Source: Paragordius varius
Lineage: Eukaryota; Animalia; Nematomorpha
Length of the DNA: 64,000 nt
Reading direction: 5' to 3'
Assembly (NCBI GenBank): GCA_964247055.1
Contig: OZ176055.1
Location: forward strand, 1,550,001-1,614,000
Of the stretch, positions 25,901-40,269 are shown one piece after another; position 1 is the stretch's first letter, and each line of letters starts with the position of its first letter. Under the pieces are notes generated by a model. That model searched no databases, had not been told where the DNA came from, and saw only the letters and a list, made by a program, of their open reading frames with translations. The translations under genes were made by a program, and so were the position numbers.

Positions 25901-28900
25901 TAAAATTGCACGTCATATTTTTAACGGGAGTTGATTTGTTAACCTAAAATATTTTATCATAGAAATAAAATTTAATAAAACATATATAAAGGTAAAAATA
26001 GGTATCCCTTTATAAAAGAATCGATGGTAGATTTTTAAAATACGTGATATATTGGACTAAATGACTTAATAAAAGAGGTTTACTCATTCTGTTTTAACTA
26101 CACCTTAACCTTTTGTTTCTTGTTAACGGACATCCTTATTAAAGCACTATCAAAAAACAACAAAATATATATATTTGCTAAATTCCAGAGGCTAAGAGCT
26201 TATAATTAACATTGAATTGATCTGCAAGTATCAAATTCAATTTTTCTGGTGTTGGCCAAAACACAGCATTTTTGCCGGACGATACGCTTTTTGCTACATG
26301 CTAAGCTTATATAATTTTAAGTTAATCATGTGTTAAATTTCGATTCCGTCCGATAAATGAAAAATAACGCTTTGAAAAACTCGTAAAATGAGCCTGTACG
26401 GTAAAATGTATCTATATTATTATTACCTAAACAAATATTTCATTTGCGCTTCAAAGAATGTCTTTAAACACTACAAGTTGCCCTTTAAAATTCAGGTTGG
26501 TACTTAAATTTTATTTTTCATTTAAAATTAACATTTTTTTATATAAAACAACATCTTTGTTTCAATATCGATTCCAAGCATTAACCTAATAATGTTATTA
26601 ATCAAAAATTGCAATTTATAACCCAGACTTAAATAATTTTTAATTCCATGAGAAAATTTTACCGAAATTTAAATATTTTTAAAAAATAATTATACTGTTT
26701 TTATATAAAAAATTAATAATGAGATTTTTAAATTTTGGTTAAATAAATATATATTAGATAAAACATGTTATTCTAATATTATACATAGTTTAATTAATAA
26801 ATGTTAAAAAACAAAATAAATAGGTTAATTCTGGAAGTTCTCAAGAAAAAGCTTAATTTGTTTTCAACTGGTAATGTTCAAGGACCAAATCAAAATGTTA
26901 AAAAGGAATCTTGAAGGACAAATGGTATATATGACTATCTAGAGTTGTATTTGGGGTTCCAAACATATTTTTTATAAATACATTAAAGAATATGGCGGTA
27001 CTCGAATTTCAAAGCTCGTTTCAAGGTATAATAATCGTTTTTATAATTTAGAACTTAAAAAATTTTAAGGCAGTGTAGCCCTATCAAAGTGTTCGCATAA
27101 AATAATATCCTGATATAATATTCATTAAAAAATTCTATCAGGGTTATGTTGGTGCTTTTTTGGCCCTAACTAGTGGAAAACTATTTACACTTTTGTTGTA
27201 ACTTCTACATATCAGAATATGTCATAATTTGCGCACATTTAAAATTTTTTCGTGAAAGCCAATGTTTTATTTTAAAAAAATATTACTAAAATATATCATA
27301 AAATAAGCAAATACTATTTTTACAAAATTTAATTTTAGATGTCAACTTTAAAAGTCCCAAATTTAAAATGGGCTTATTATCTAAAAATGAAGGTGAAAAG
27401 GCGGAAATTTTGCGAGAAAGTTTTGTAATATATGCTAGATTAAGGCATAACAAAACATATATTTTAACAAATTGCTTATTTTCTTCAAAAATTTAATTTT
27501 TAGCAAAAAAAGCGTACTTCATATTATTTTAAAGCATGCCTTTATTTTAAAAGAACTTGCACTTTTAAGGCTAAATTTGAGATTTTTAGAGCACACATCT
27601 AAAAATTAAAATATTATAAAAATATATGCTTTTTATGTGGAGTTTTTGATATAATTGGTGATATTTTTTGTAATGAAGGTTTTAGCTTTCACCAATTTGT
27701 TTAACAAAATTTCCACGATTTTTGCCATTTTCTGATGTGGAGTGCTTACCAAAAGATGCAATACTTTCCTAAATCTCTCGTAAGGGCTTAAACCAAAAGC
27801 ACCATGATTATTTAGAATATATACATGATACATCAGGATATTTTTACCATGCCCCCCAATGTAGGCATTATTTGGTATTAATTCTAAATTTTATCAACTC
27901 TATTCCAATTGTGATACTGCAAAATCATCAACAATAATTAAAATCTGAAGTTGTGGCTGGTTGTCATAAAGAAATTATAACATCTGACTCTAAACTTCCT
28001 CTTCATTGATAATTTTATTAGCATAAAGTTCGATAAACAAACCACTTTAAAAGATTTATATGACAAAATTATTTTCTTCATTCAGCGCCTCTAATTTGTT
28101 GGTAACAACAAATTTAGAAATCATAAAAAAATTCAAATCGAATATAAAAACCTCATCCATATTCATATCCATATCCATGATCTCGAGAAATTTTTTGTAA
28201 TTTTTTTCCAACTCGGGCCAATTAGTATAATTTCCACCCATTACAATATATAATTTTTGCAGCAATTTAAATTCTTCTTCATACAATTCTGTTTCTTTGA
28301 GTTGCGTTATTCGTGTCATGGTAACGCCTTTAATAACAAGTGTTGGGTTTATTTTAGGTTTCACATCATTCAATTGTTGAACAGTGTAGTTAAAGACCAT
28401 TGGAATCAACAAAGAATTATCCGACAAAATATTCAAAATAATTGCCGTAATATTTTTAGACTTAGACTTAGAGTCGGGATGGTTGTAACTTCGTGTACTT
28501 ATCGTACCGTACTTTTTAAGAAATTTCCTTATATTCTTAATTGCCAAGGTATCGTTCTTACTTTTTGCGCTATCTTGGTAGGCCAAGCAAGACTCGTATA
28601 TTGTGTTGTAATTTTTCAGGAATGTATTGTTAAGTGTCGGTTTCTTTTCTATTAAATAAAAACATTTATTAACAGTCAGAAGTCATCCTTATAAAATGAC
28701 CCTCTTATGAGTTTTTTAATGTATTCGCTTAGGCCGTTAATAACCTTTTCTGATTTAAAATATAACAAAATTTTAAAGTTTCAAAAACTTAAGTGGATTT
28801 TCCCCCCAAGAGGGTGGATTGGTGTAGAAAAGAGAAGGCTATACTATAGTTTTTATTAAAAAAATATAAAAATCCATGAACACTTTTCTACGCCTGCGTA

Positions 28901-29468
28901 GGGCTTACAAAAATAGAATTTGGATTGAGATGGATGTCATAATCAAATTTTATGATGTAATATATAAGTACCTAATCTTTTGATGTATTCGTTATATCTT
29001 GAAGGAGATTGTCCAGGTACGATTTTCTGTGAAGCTTCGCATTTTTTCTCAAGGATATGATTGCAACTCTCTAATATATGCATGAAGATTACATTAAAAA
29101 TTGAAATCATACACACAAAACATAAAAACAAAAGACAAATATTATTTTTGGAAAGACAACCATACTTTTTTAAACTTCCTATATTAATTAAATGTAAATC
29201 AGCATTTAGGTAGACTATTTTTATAAATTATTGTTTTTATATAGTTAATGTAGGAAAACGTTTAATAAAGTATGGTTGTCTTATCAGAAAAAAATATATG
29301 TCTAATAGGTTTTACATTTTGACTGTAAAATTTTTATTTTACTGTAATAAACGATGTAATAATATTCATACCATTTGCTGGTGATAGATTATTAGCAGTG
29401 CATAGACAGGTTTGAAAGATAGTGATAAAGAAGCTTAAAGCTAAAATTCCTTTGCAAAATGGGCCCAT
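19901..29468 (-). CDS. Family AC copy 2, full span, M13/neprilysin-like; may be partly pseudogenised
   Basis: Exons traced: 29372-29468, 28972-29070, 28152-28648, 26179-26300, 26104-26146, 25982-26056, 25884-25943, 25818-25853, 25649-25791, 25214-25430, 25103-25156. The chain 26300->25103 splices in frame. Terminal exon 19901-20038 (EYCDGPFEYPDDDKREAFSVLGSMPEVAQNFSCIANELSENCDNE*) resembles the M13 C-terminus (LSNxPEFAxAFxC...C). Some intervening exons unresolved; one donor near 24345 looks mutated (GT->AT). Confidence 0.6.
22296..23244. mobile_element. MITE family 3 (cactggacaacaaatttt...aaatttgttgtctagtg)
   Basis: TIRs as stated; colinear second copy at 59923-60970. Confidence 0.85.
23500..23768. 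mobile_element. hAT-type terminal fragment
   Basis: gcggcctgtg...gttggacaccactg terminus at ~23730-23768. Confidence 0.5.
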
Positions 29469-29913
29469 GTTTCTTTGTAATGAAATTTAAAAAAAAATAT
29501 AAAATGAAGAAATAATAAATTTAGTGAATTTAAATAGATTTTTTTGGAGATGTTCTTTTTTTTCAAAAATGTAAATCAGTGTTGTATTTATTTTAATTTC
29601 TCAAAACAGGTAATAGCAAACTACCTTTTTAAGAATCAAACGCTTTTCTTATAAATATATGAACATTTTATTATTAACCTATCACAATACCAAGAAAGCT
29701 TAAATTTTGTTTGTTTTAACAATGGGCTGGCTCATTTAACTCATAGAATGTATAATAAAATAAATGTAAAATTTCTTGTAATTACGAAAAATATATACAT
29801 ATTAGAGTTTAAATTTAATTTAACTATCCTTGTGAGTATGATAGGTATATCTAATAATATCAAGTCTAGACATAATAATACTTTTAACGAAAATATGTTT
29901 TCAATTATACAAC

Positions 29914-31396
29914 TGTTATGCAAATCTGAAAGATATACTTTATTTTTATATCATATTTTTCTGTGTTATATGCAAATGTGAAATACATACCTTGGTTATA
30001 TATCATAACTTTCACCGTTATTTGAATTGTATTATTTTATATATTTTTTGTGTAATATGTAAATATTATAACCTTTGTTACTTAAAATTTTATTGATATA
30101 ATGCAAATTATGTACAACTAAAATTACTATATAAACCCTAAAAAAACCAAATAAAAAATTCAGTTCATTACACATTTCTTATATTATCTCTTCATCTTTA
30201 CAAGATAACATTGGTAGCCAATTCGAGTACCGAACTAATCTAACAACTAATCTAACACAACAGTGGAACCCACCGGGTTCCAAACACGGATGGTGGAGAT
30301 AGAGTCCAAAGTGCAACAACCATGACAATGTCAATTGCCAATATCACCAACATGTCCATCAAAAATAATGATAATACCAATTATAACAATGGTAATAATT
30401 TTAATCGATTACAACAAAGCCTCGGACAATTCGCGCAAGGGTTATGGGAGCGTTCATGGGCCAAGCAAATGTCCCGCCTGGAACCGCAATTGCAAATGCG
30501 GAAAACCCAACCACGTCGCTAATGTAGATCAAAAAAAACACTGCCAAAAAAATGTTCAACCGCCATTGCACTGAAAGCGAACGGGCTAATAATAATCTAT
30601 AGCAACTTTGGAATCATTATCAACAAATGGCTGGGGAGGACTCCCACATCATTCAACATTTGATGGATGGGTAAGTAAGATTGGCGCGGACAAGCTTGTA
30701 ATAAGATTGATCGGTAAGACGCCTACCTCCCCAGGCCGAGCTAAAGCTACACCCTCGACGATTTAAACAATAAGAGGATGTGTCAGTTAAAAAAGGACAC
30801 TGTTCAGATTTCTTACAGCGCCGATAGTATTTCAGTGCGCCTGGACCAGTTTAAAAGAAATGGTCTAGGGTGGCATGAGGCAGAGATCAAATGAAACACG
30901 TCGACACACATAACATAGGATGTTATCTTTCAAACCAAGATTCGTCGACACACCGCCTACTTAACGACACCGGTCACTCAAAAAAGTAGTAATGATAACA
31001 TTAATAGCAATAATGACAATATCAATGTAAATCTGCACGAGCGTCGTTACCCCGAGAGAATTCGGCGGAAGCCGTCCGATTCTCTTAAGGGGGAAGTGAT
31101 GTTATGCAAATCTGAAAGATATACTTTATTTTTATATCATATTTTTCTGTGTTATATGCAAATGTGAAATACATACCTTGGTTATATATCATAACTTTCA
31201 CCGTTATTTGAATTGTATTATTTTATATATTTTTTGTGTAATATGTAAATATTATAACCTTTGTTACTTAAAATTTTATTGATATAATGCAAATTATGTA
31301 CAACTAAAATTACTATATAAACCCTAAAAAAACCAAATAAAAAATTCAGTTCATTACACATTTCTTATATTATCTCTTCATCTTTACAAGATAACA
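29914..31396 (+). mobile_element. Small non-autonomous LTR retrotransposon (Gypsy-like), complete
   Basis: 297-bp LTRs 29914-30210 and 31100-31396 (TGTTAT...ATAACA), PBS-like ttggtagcc, PPT aagggggaagtga, TSD ACAAC; internal gag-knuckle remnant CPAWNRNCKCGKPNH; empty site at ~4150. Confidence 0.95.
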
Positions 31397-31794
31397 ACAA
31401 CTTTAAAAGATGTAGGATAGGTGTTGATATTTTGGAAAACACTTTATGAAACGGTTTATATAACGAAACAAATTAATATCTTTTAGCATTGCGAAACGGC
31501 TTTTTACATAAATAGTTTCTATCAATCAGCTATTTCACTGAATTTATCCTATAATATAATATGATGAATAAAACATGCGCGGTATTTCTTAGCGATTCAT
31601 TGAGCTATGTGTGTGTATGCGTTTTAAAAACAATTTAAAAGACAATGGTCAATGAAAATAGAGTTAAAAATGGGCCCTAGGTGAAAAGATAACTTACAAA
31701 GATTACTCCGGTTAAATGATTATTTTTATTTAAGTTTATAAGTTTAAATTGATTCCTTCTCAAAACGCTTAAAAAGCAATCACAAAAATCTCTT

Positions 31795-31840
<46 letters not shown>

Positions 31841-32796
31841 TATAATTATTGAGTAAAATAAAAATTTTACCATTGTACTAGTTGTGCCCTGTGACACATG
31901 ACTTAGGTAAAACAATTTGATAATAATTTCTGCCATAAATTGAAAAAAACTGAATTAAAATATTAGTAGACTATAAACATATATTACTAATCGGAATGTA
32001 ATTATCATCTTTCTCAGGTTTTTGTCCGATTTCTCTAGTTAGTACATGTTACTTCATAATACTCGCCCTTATATAAGTTAGTTAGATTAAATGTATTAAA
32101 TTGTCTTAAGCGTTATGGTATACTAGTTAGGGCACAGGACTTTTATACTGGGTGCCAGAGTTCAAATCTCTTAACTACGCAATTTTCCATCATCACTGTC
32201 AGCCCTGGGGAGGCGAGTGTTCTAAAGCCTTCACATGTCAGGATACAATTTAAGTCCTTACCCTTTAATCCAAGCTGTATATTTTTTTAATGTATTAATC
32301 TTAAACTTTACCCCATATATTTGGGGAGGCTCGGACGAGGACTAATTTATAAAGTTGACTGGTATATATTACCTATAAATAAAAAATAACCATTGTATCC
32401 TGTCAGTTTTTCTGTAAATAGCTTTAAAACTTTGAATTAATATTTTTCTTAAAATATAGATTAGTTAGGGACTATATTGGTGATGCCATATATACGTTTT
32501 AATTTATTTAAAAATGATAATATATACTCATGCTAATTCTCGATCACGTTTTATTTATTTAACTGACAAGTGCTGCAAATTATTTTTGCGATGCTATTTT
32601 TGTTTTTGATGGTAAGGAAACCTCTGAAAAATCCAATTAGTAAAATTTATGTAATTTATTATGATTAAAAAGCTCTAATTAAAAATAAAATTGGTGCATA
32701 AATTTTGCTATATTCCTCTCAGTCAAACGTAACTTAGGCCTCACAGTAAAAATTTTACAAACAAAAAAACCTACAGACAAATATTTTTTTTAATAA

Positions 32797-33932
32797 CACT
32801 GCTCAACAAGGTTTTGCACCACCCCATTATTTTTGCATTTTCTGATACCTAATGGCATGGAAAGGCCAAAACAAAAAAAATTAAGGCCACCAATAGGATT
32901 TTTCCATTTAATTTTTAAATTTGTATTTAATTCAAAAATAACAATCATTCCTCGTGTACATATGTTTAAATATTCAAACAAGCAAGTCGATACAAGTAAT
33001 ATTCCATGTATGAATAACAAATTCTAGGCATTAAATAAGATACTAAACAAGCTAAGAGCCAAAGTATAAAAATCTAAAAGGGGCTTATGTATAGTGTGAT
33101 AGATATGGGCGGCTGCACAAGCTCTCCATATCCCCCAAGCGATCCTATAATTATGCCAGATATGGCAAAGATAACTATAAGTTATCGTAAAGCCTGATAA
33201 GAGAGACTTTCAAGCAAAATTTATGCAAATTGACATGTCAAATTAACCAATTCACAGAATAAAGTTAGATAAATTCTACAATTAAATTGAATATAAATTA
33301 GGTAAATACAAATGGTCCAACCCCATAACAGTAAATTCTACTAGAAGTGGCTACACAAAATCCATCTGAAATTCAAAATACAAAACAACCAATAATTTTA
33401 AGAAAATAAGGTATATCCACTAGGTATAAATTAAGGATTTTTTATAAGATCCAACTCAAGAAAAAAAGTCTAATAAGTACTCGAAAGAACGAAATCTAAC
33501 AAAAAAAAATATAGCCTATCTGAAAGCCGAAGGTTTAAACCATAGAATGCCTTTTTTAGTATATTTTTTAAAAAAATTTATATGTGTTAAAAATTTACTT
33601 GAAAAAAAAAGACTAAATTTTGACGTTTAAGTCCGTACTATTTTTTTCTCTCTGATATTTAAATGACATATTTATATTCAAAAGATAGAGTTTAAAACGC
33701 TTTATTAAATGATATTAAGTTTATAATATAATAACATTTTATTATAAAGTTATATTTAATTTTATCTCGATTTTCTCTTGTTTTTAAAAAATTGAAAAAC
33801 CTATAAAATTTCAAAATTCTGATTGGCGGGATCAAAATTTTTTTCAAATTCGGTTTTAAAACACTAAATTTAGTCAAAATTTAAAAAGTTTGAGTGGTGA
33901 TGCTTAAAAATGTCTAAATTTGTCGACTAGTG
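32797..33932. mobile_element. Insertion with CACT..ACAA-type imperfect TIRs
   Basis: Absent at the paralogous site (~5520); cactgctcaacaa / ttgtcgactagtg ends. Confidence 0.6.
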
Positions 33933-36718
33933 TAATCAAACCATACTTTTACAACCTTGATTTCTCGTTTATAATTTATTAGATTTAAAAATAGACATTG
34001 TAAATAATTTTCACCTCTATGTTATCTTTGCAATTTAAAACAATGAGTTCTACATTAAAAAAATGAATAATAAAATAGTATAGCTGTCTTTTGAAAAAAT
34101 ATTTGTCCTTATGACTTTATGGTTTTAGCATTTGCATTTTAATTTTGAATGAAATATAAAAAGTGTTTATGATTTGCAAATATATAATTTATCATCTCTC
34201 TAATATTGAAATAGAAAGAAGAATATTTTTGGTAATTTAAATTGTTTATAGCTATTACTAAATAGAGTAGCTCATTTTACATTGTAAAAATATATCTAAA
34301 ATAAAGAATATCAATTTGCTTTCTGTGATATAATTGCCACTAAGATAAGTGTTAAAGGGTTAGCAGTCATTTTTTTATATAAGGCCAAATAATTAATTAA
34401 TGAGAGATATATTGGACTCAATCAACCACCTTTAAAATCTGCTTTCTAAATTTGCTAAATTATTACCCATTATACCATTGAAACTATATTAAACACAAAC
34501 ACTCTTTTGAAATAAACAGCCATATTTGTTGGATTAATGATCAAGTAAAAATCTGATTTTAGAAAAGAGTACATGATTGATATTCAAAGGAGTGATAAAA
34601 AAGTAACGATTAACTCGCTTTTTCTTATAAGTGTTGTCTATCTATGGGCTTAGCTATAATGGTATAAAGAAATATTTTATAAAGAAAATTCAAATTACAT
34701 ATAAATATATTTAGCTAAGGAATACTTGATAGATATATCTACTAAGATAAATTACATAAGTTATAAATTAATCGGAAACAACGTCAGCGTTTTCATTATT
34801 TCAATAAGATGTTAATATAATATATTTTACAGGTAGTATCAATCTATTACCCAGACACGAAAATAAATAACAATATATATATATATATATATATATCAAT
34901 GAGCTGGCTAACTTTTTAAAATGAACGAAATAGATAATTGAATTGATTACTCAAATAAATATAATATATTATAATAAGTTTGATTATTTCTGAAGGTATT
35001 GGATAAGAGTTGTTTTAAATGTTTCTTTTATAGATTTTGCATAACGATACTATAACATTGACGTCAAAAGGAGTTTGTTTAATCGTAAAATTTTAAGAAT
35101 AAATTAAACATCGTTTTAGAATAATAATTGAATTAGTTTTATTTTAATTGACGTAAAACAGTGCTATAAATTAAAAGTAATTAAATATTTCGATATTCAA
35201 TCGGATAAAAAATTTTCTTTTATGGGTATTGGGTATAAATCAAGAGTATTTTATCAACTTTTATTGTGATTATAAAAATTCACGCAGTTAAATCAAATTA
35301 GAATTTTGTAGAGATTTTAACAAGGATTTATTAATATTTTAATGAGGTTAAAAAGATTAAAATTTTCGAATTCCTTAAAAACGAGAGTGTACAATGTTTT
35401 AGTATATCACAGATTCTAACTTTTAGACAAAAAATACGTTTATATTATGAATGAGTCGCAAAATATTAAATTATTTTTTTTTCGTATAAACTATAAGTAA
35501 TATAAGCTCTAGTCCCACATTTAAATCCACTAAATAGGGGGTAGAGTGCTTTTTAAGACAAAAAATTAGCCAAGTGCGCGATATACATTTTAATGTGCTT
35601 AAATATATAGCAATTAGATATTTGGAAAAGAGCATTCTTTCTTTAAAAGTCAATGATAAAGCATTTTAATGGTAATTTATGAAATTCGAATCACGGAAAC
35701 GTTAAATCTTAAATATTAAAAAAAACATTTAGACAAAACCGAACAACATATTCACCTCGGTATTCAGTTTAAAAGAATTGGCCTTGTATAAATGAACATA
35801 AAGTTAATTAAAATATTGAGATAATAATTGGCGGCATCGAATAGTTAAATAAATTAAAATCGTTTTACACCGTTTCCAACAAGCTATATGCTAAAAAAAT
35901 GCGCCTCAACAAAATTTGACTAATATATAAATTTATTTATTTTAAAAATTGGAAAGATTTATCAACACTCGATATAAAATGGTAAAATAGCAGACATCTA
36001 AAATCATTCATTACCTTTTTTTGGGATTGTTTAACCTGAACCGCGGTTTTAAATGGCAAAAATATGATATTTTATTTTTATATTTTCCGTGTATATTTTC
36101 TTTCTAGAAAGTGGCAAAGCTCATTTTACATTGTAAAAAGGTATCTAAAATAAAGAATATCAATTTGTTTTCTGTGATATAATTGCCACTAAGATATAGT
36201 GCTAAAATAGGGTTAACAGTCATTTTTTTATATAGGGCCAAATAAGTAATTAATGAGAGAACAGATATATTGGACTCAATCAACCACCTTTAAAATCTGC
36301 TTTATAAATTTGCTAAATTATTACCCATTATACCATTGAAACTATATTAAACACAAACACTCTTTTGTAATAAACAGCCATATTTGTTGGATTAATGATC
36401 AAGTAAAAATCTGATTTTAGAAAAGAGTACATGATCGATATTCAAAGGAGTGATAAAAAAGTAACGATTAACTCGCCTTTTCTTATAAGTGTTGTCTATC
36501 TATGGGCTTAGCTAAAATGGTATAAATAAATATTTTATGAAGAAAATTCAAATTACATGTAAATATATTTAGCTAAGGTATACTTGATAAACATATTCAA
36601 ATTAAATTAAGATATATTACATAAATTATAAATTAATCGGAAACAACGTCAGCGTTTTAATTATTTGAATAAGATGTTAATATAGCATTATATTTTACAG
36701 GTAGTATCAATCTATTAC

Positions 36719-38218
36719 TGTTATCTTTTAAGATAAGAGATAATAAAAGAAATGTGAAATGAACTGAACTATTTATTTTGGTTTTTTTAAGGTGTATATA
36801 TAGCAATTTAACTGTCCATGATTTGCATTATATCAATAAAATTCCAAGTAACAAAGGTTATATATTTACATATAACACAAAAAATATAGAAAATAATACA
36901 ATTCAAATAACGGTGAAAGTTATGATATATAACCAAAGTATGTATTTCACATTTGCATATAACACAGAAAAATATTATAAAAATAAAGTATATCTTTCAG
37001 ATTTGCCTAACATCACTTCCCCCTTACGAGAACCGGACCGGCTTCCGCCGAATTCTCTCGGGGTAACGACGCTCGTGCAGATTTACCTTGATATTGTCAT
37101 TATTGCTATTAATGTTATCATTACTACTTTCATTATTATTATTATCATTTATTGTATCATTATCATTGTCATTACTATTATTTAAGTGACCGGTATCGTG
37201 GGTGTGTCGACGAATTTTGAAAGATAACATCCTATGTTATGTGTGTCGACGTGTTTCCTTTGATCTCTGCCTGCCACCCTAGACCATTCCTTTGAAACTG
37301 GTCCAGGCGCACTGATATACTATGGGCGCTGTAACGAATCTAAACAGTGTCCTTTTGTAACTGACACATCCTCTTATTGTTGAAATCGTCGAGGTGTAGC
37401 TTTAACTCGGCCTGGGGAGGTAGGCGTCTTACCGATCAATCTTATTACAAGTTTGTCCGCACCAATCTTACTTACCCATCCATCAATTGTTGAATGATGT
37501 GGGAGTCCTCCCCAGCCATTTGTTGATAATGATTTCAAAGTTGCTATAGATTATTAGCCCGTTCGCTTTCAGTGCAATGGCGGTTGAACATTTTTTTTGG
37601 CAGTTTGATCTACATTAGCGAAGTGGTTGGGTTTTCCGCATTTGCAATTGCGGTTCCAGGCGGGACATTTGTTTGGCCCATGAACACTCCCATAACCCTT
37701 GCGCGAATGTGTCAGAGGTAGATTGTTGTGATCGAAAAATTATTACCATTGTTCTAATTGGTATTATCATTAAATTTTTTATGCTGGTAATATTGGCAAT
37801 TGACATTGTCATGGTTGTGGAACTTTGGACTCTAACTCCCCATCCGAGTTTGGAACCCGGAGGTTCCACTGTTGTGTTAGATTAGTTGTTGGATTAGTTC
37901 GATACTCGAATTGCCACCAGTTGTTATCTTTTAAAGATGAGGAGATAATATAAGAAATGTGAAATGAACTGAACTATTTATTTTGGTTTTTTTAAGGTGT
38001 ATATATAGCAATTTTAACTGTCCATGATTTGCATTATATCAATACAATTCCAAGTAACAAAGGTTATATATTTACATATAACACAAAAAATATAGAAAAT
38101 AATACAATTCAAATAACGGTGAAAGTTATGATATATAACCAAAGTATGTATTTCACATTTGCATATAACACAGAAAAATATTATAAAAATAAAGTATATC
38201 TTTCAGATTTGCCTAACA
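36719..38218 (-). mobile_element. Second small non-autonomous LTR element, same family, opposite orientation
   Basis: LTRs 36719-37012 and 37922-38218, TSD ATTAC, PPT and PBS on the minus strand; other array units show the empty site tctattacccagacacg. Confidence 0.95.
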
Positions 38219-38990
38219 ATTACCCAGACACGAAAATAAGTAGAATATATATATTTCAAATGAACTAGCTAACTTTTTAATCGAACGTGATAGATAATTA
38301 ATTTTTAATTACTCAAATAAATATAATATATTATAATAAGATTGATTATTTCTGAAGGAGAAAATTATTGGATGAGGGTTGTTTTAAATATTTCTTTACC
38401 TATAGATTTCGCATAACGATACTATAACATTGACATCAAAAGCAGTTGGTTTAATCGAAAAAAATTAGGAATAAATTTAAATAAAACATCGTTTGAGATA
38501 AATTGATTTAGTTTTATTATAATTGACGCAAAACAGTGCTAAAAATTAAAAGTAATTAAATATTTCGATATTCAAATGGCTTATTTAAATAAAGTTTCTT
38601 TTATGGGTAATGGGTATGAATCAAGAGTATTTTATCAACTTTTATTGTGATTATAAAAATTTAGACAGTTAAATCAAAATTTTGAAGACATTTTAACAAG
38701 GATTTAATATTTTAATGAGGTTAAAAAAACGAGTGTGCATCAATTTTTAGCATATCAGAGATTCTAATTTTTAGACAAAAAATACGTTTATAATATAAAT
38801 AAAGTCGCAAAATATTAAATTATATTTTTTTGTATAAATTAGAAGTAATATAAGTTCTAGTCCCACATTTGGATCCACCAAATAAAAGGTACAGTCCTTT
38901 TTAAAACAAAAAATTAGCCAAGTGCGCGATATACATTTTATGTTCTTTATGTAGCAAATATACATTTTGAGAAAGACATACTTTATTTAA

Positions 38991-39559
38991 CACTTGGATA
39001 CAACACACTCATTTTAGTCCTCCGATTCAAATTGGGGTAGTTGGATACCCCCGGCCTGTTTAAAATCAAACACTTTAAAAAGTATGAAAGCAATCGAAAC
39101 CATAGCAAAATTTGCACTTATATAAGATTAATAAACCCAAATACATAAAAAAATTTATTCAAAAATACTTGATATTACTTATTTTGAGCTAAAACTGAAA
39201 GGTAAAAATTTAGTCAAAGTGACATGAGTCTTGTAAAATTAAAAATAATACAAAATAACCGCTTTTCTATTTCTATCAATGTTAGATGTAATTTATATAA
39301 AAGATAAGCTTAAGTTTACCCTTAAAATTAAATGAAGACGATTATGCAAAATTTTTGTAATATAAAAATGGCGTTGAAGAGTTTGAGATGGAATTTTTTT
39401 TCAAAACAAAATTTTATCAAGATATTTGGCATATTTATATAATATTTATCATGTTAGAAGCATAAATTTAAATTGGGACCGTTTTCTTCAGTAGTTTTTT
39501 TAAAAATTCTATTTAAGTTTATTCTGAAGTATTTAGATACCCTAATTTGAATCGAAATG
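38991..39559. mobile_element. Second TTAA-flanked MITE copy
   Basis: Same sequence family, TTAA both sides, different insertion site in the array unit. Confidence 0.8.
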
Positions 39560-40269
39560 TTAAAAGTCAATGATAACATTTCAATGGTAATTTATGAAAT
39601 TCGAATGATGGAAACGTTAAATCTGTAATATTAAAAAAAACATTTAGTCAAAACCGAAGAACATTTTTTACCTCGGTATTCAGTTTAAAAGGATTGGCCT
39701 TGTATAAATGAAAATAAACTTAATCAAAATATTGAGATAATAATTGGCGGCATCGAATAGTTAAATAAATTAAAATCGTTTTACACCGTTTCCAACAAGT
39801 TATATGCTAAAAAAATACGCCTCAACAAAATTTGACAATATATAAATTTATTTAAAATACAGTATGCATTTTAATGTCTGTTAAGTAATTTTATTGCCTG
39901 CCAAATAACATAAATGGTTTATCAAAAGCGTAAAATACTGACCCACGAAATTATTTCGTAGTACACATATGAAAGAAGATTGACGAGAGAATTAACATAG
40001 GCTTTAATTTGATGGATATTTTGTAATGTTAAATTTTGGTAATATTATAGCAATTTATGTTAACATTTGTAATATTGTTGTTACGTATTTAGATGCAGAA
40101 TTTTGTGGGTTTTTATCTTTGATAAATTAATAAATAGTAAAATACGTATTTTAAGATATTTTATGTTAATTATTCCTAAATTTAATAATAAATATTTTTC
40201 AACATGCTAAATATTAATTAATCTTGGTATTATAATTTTATATAGTTGTTATTACTAATTAAAAAAACA

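Noticed and set aside
36778-37185. 135-aa ORF and its twin at 38029-38268
   Set aside because: They lie in the LTRs and antisense interior of the small LTR element; low-complexity and AT-driven.
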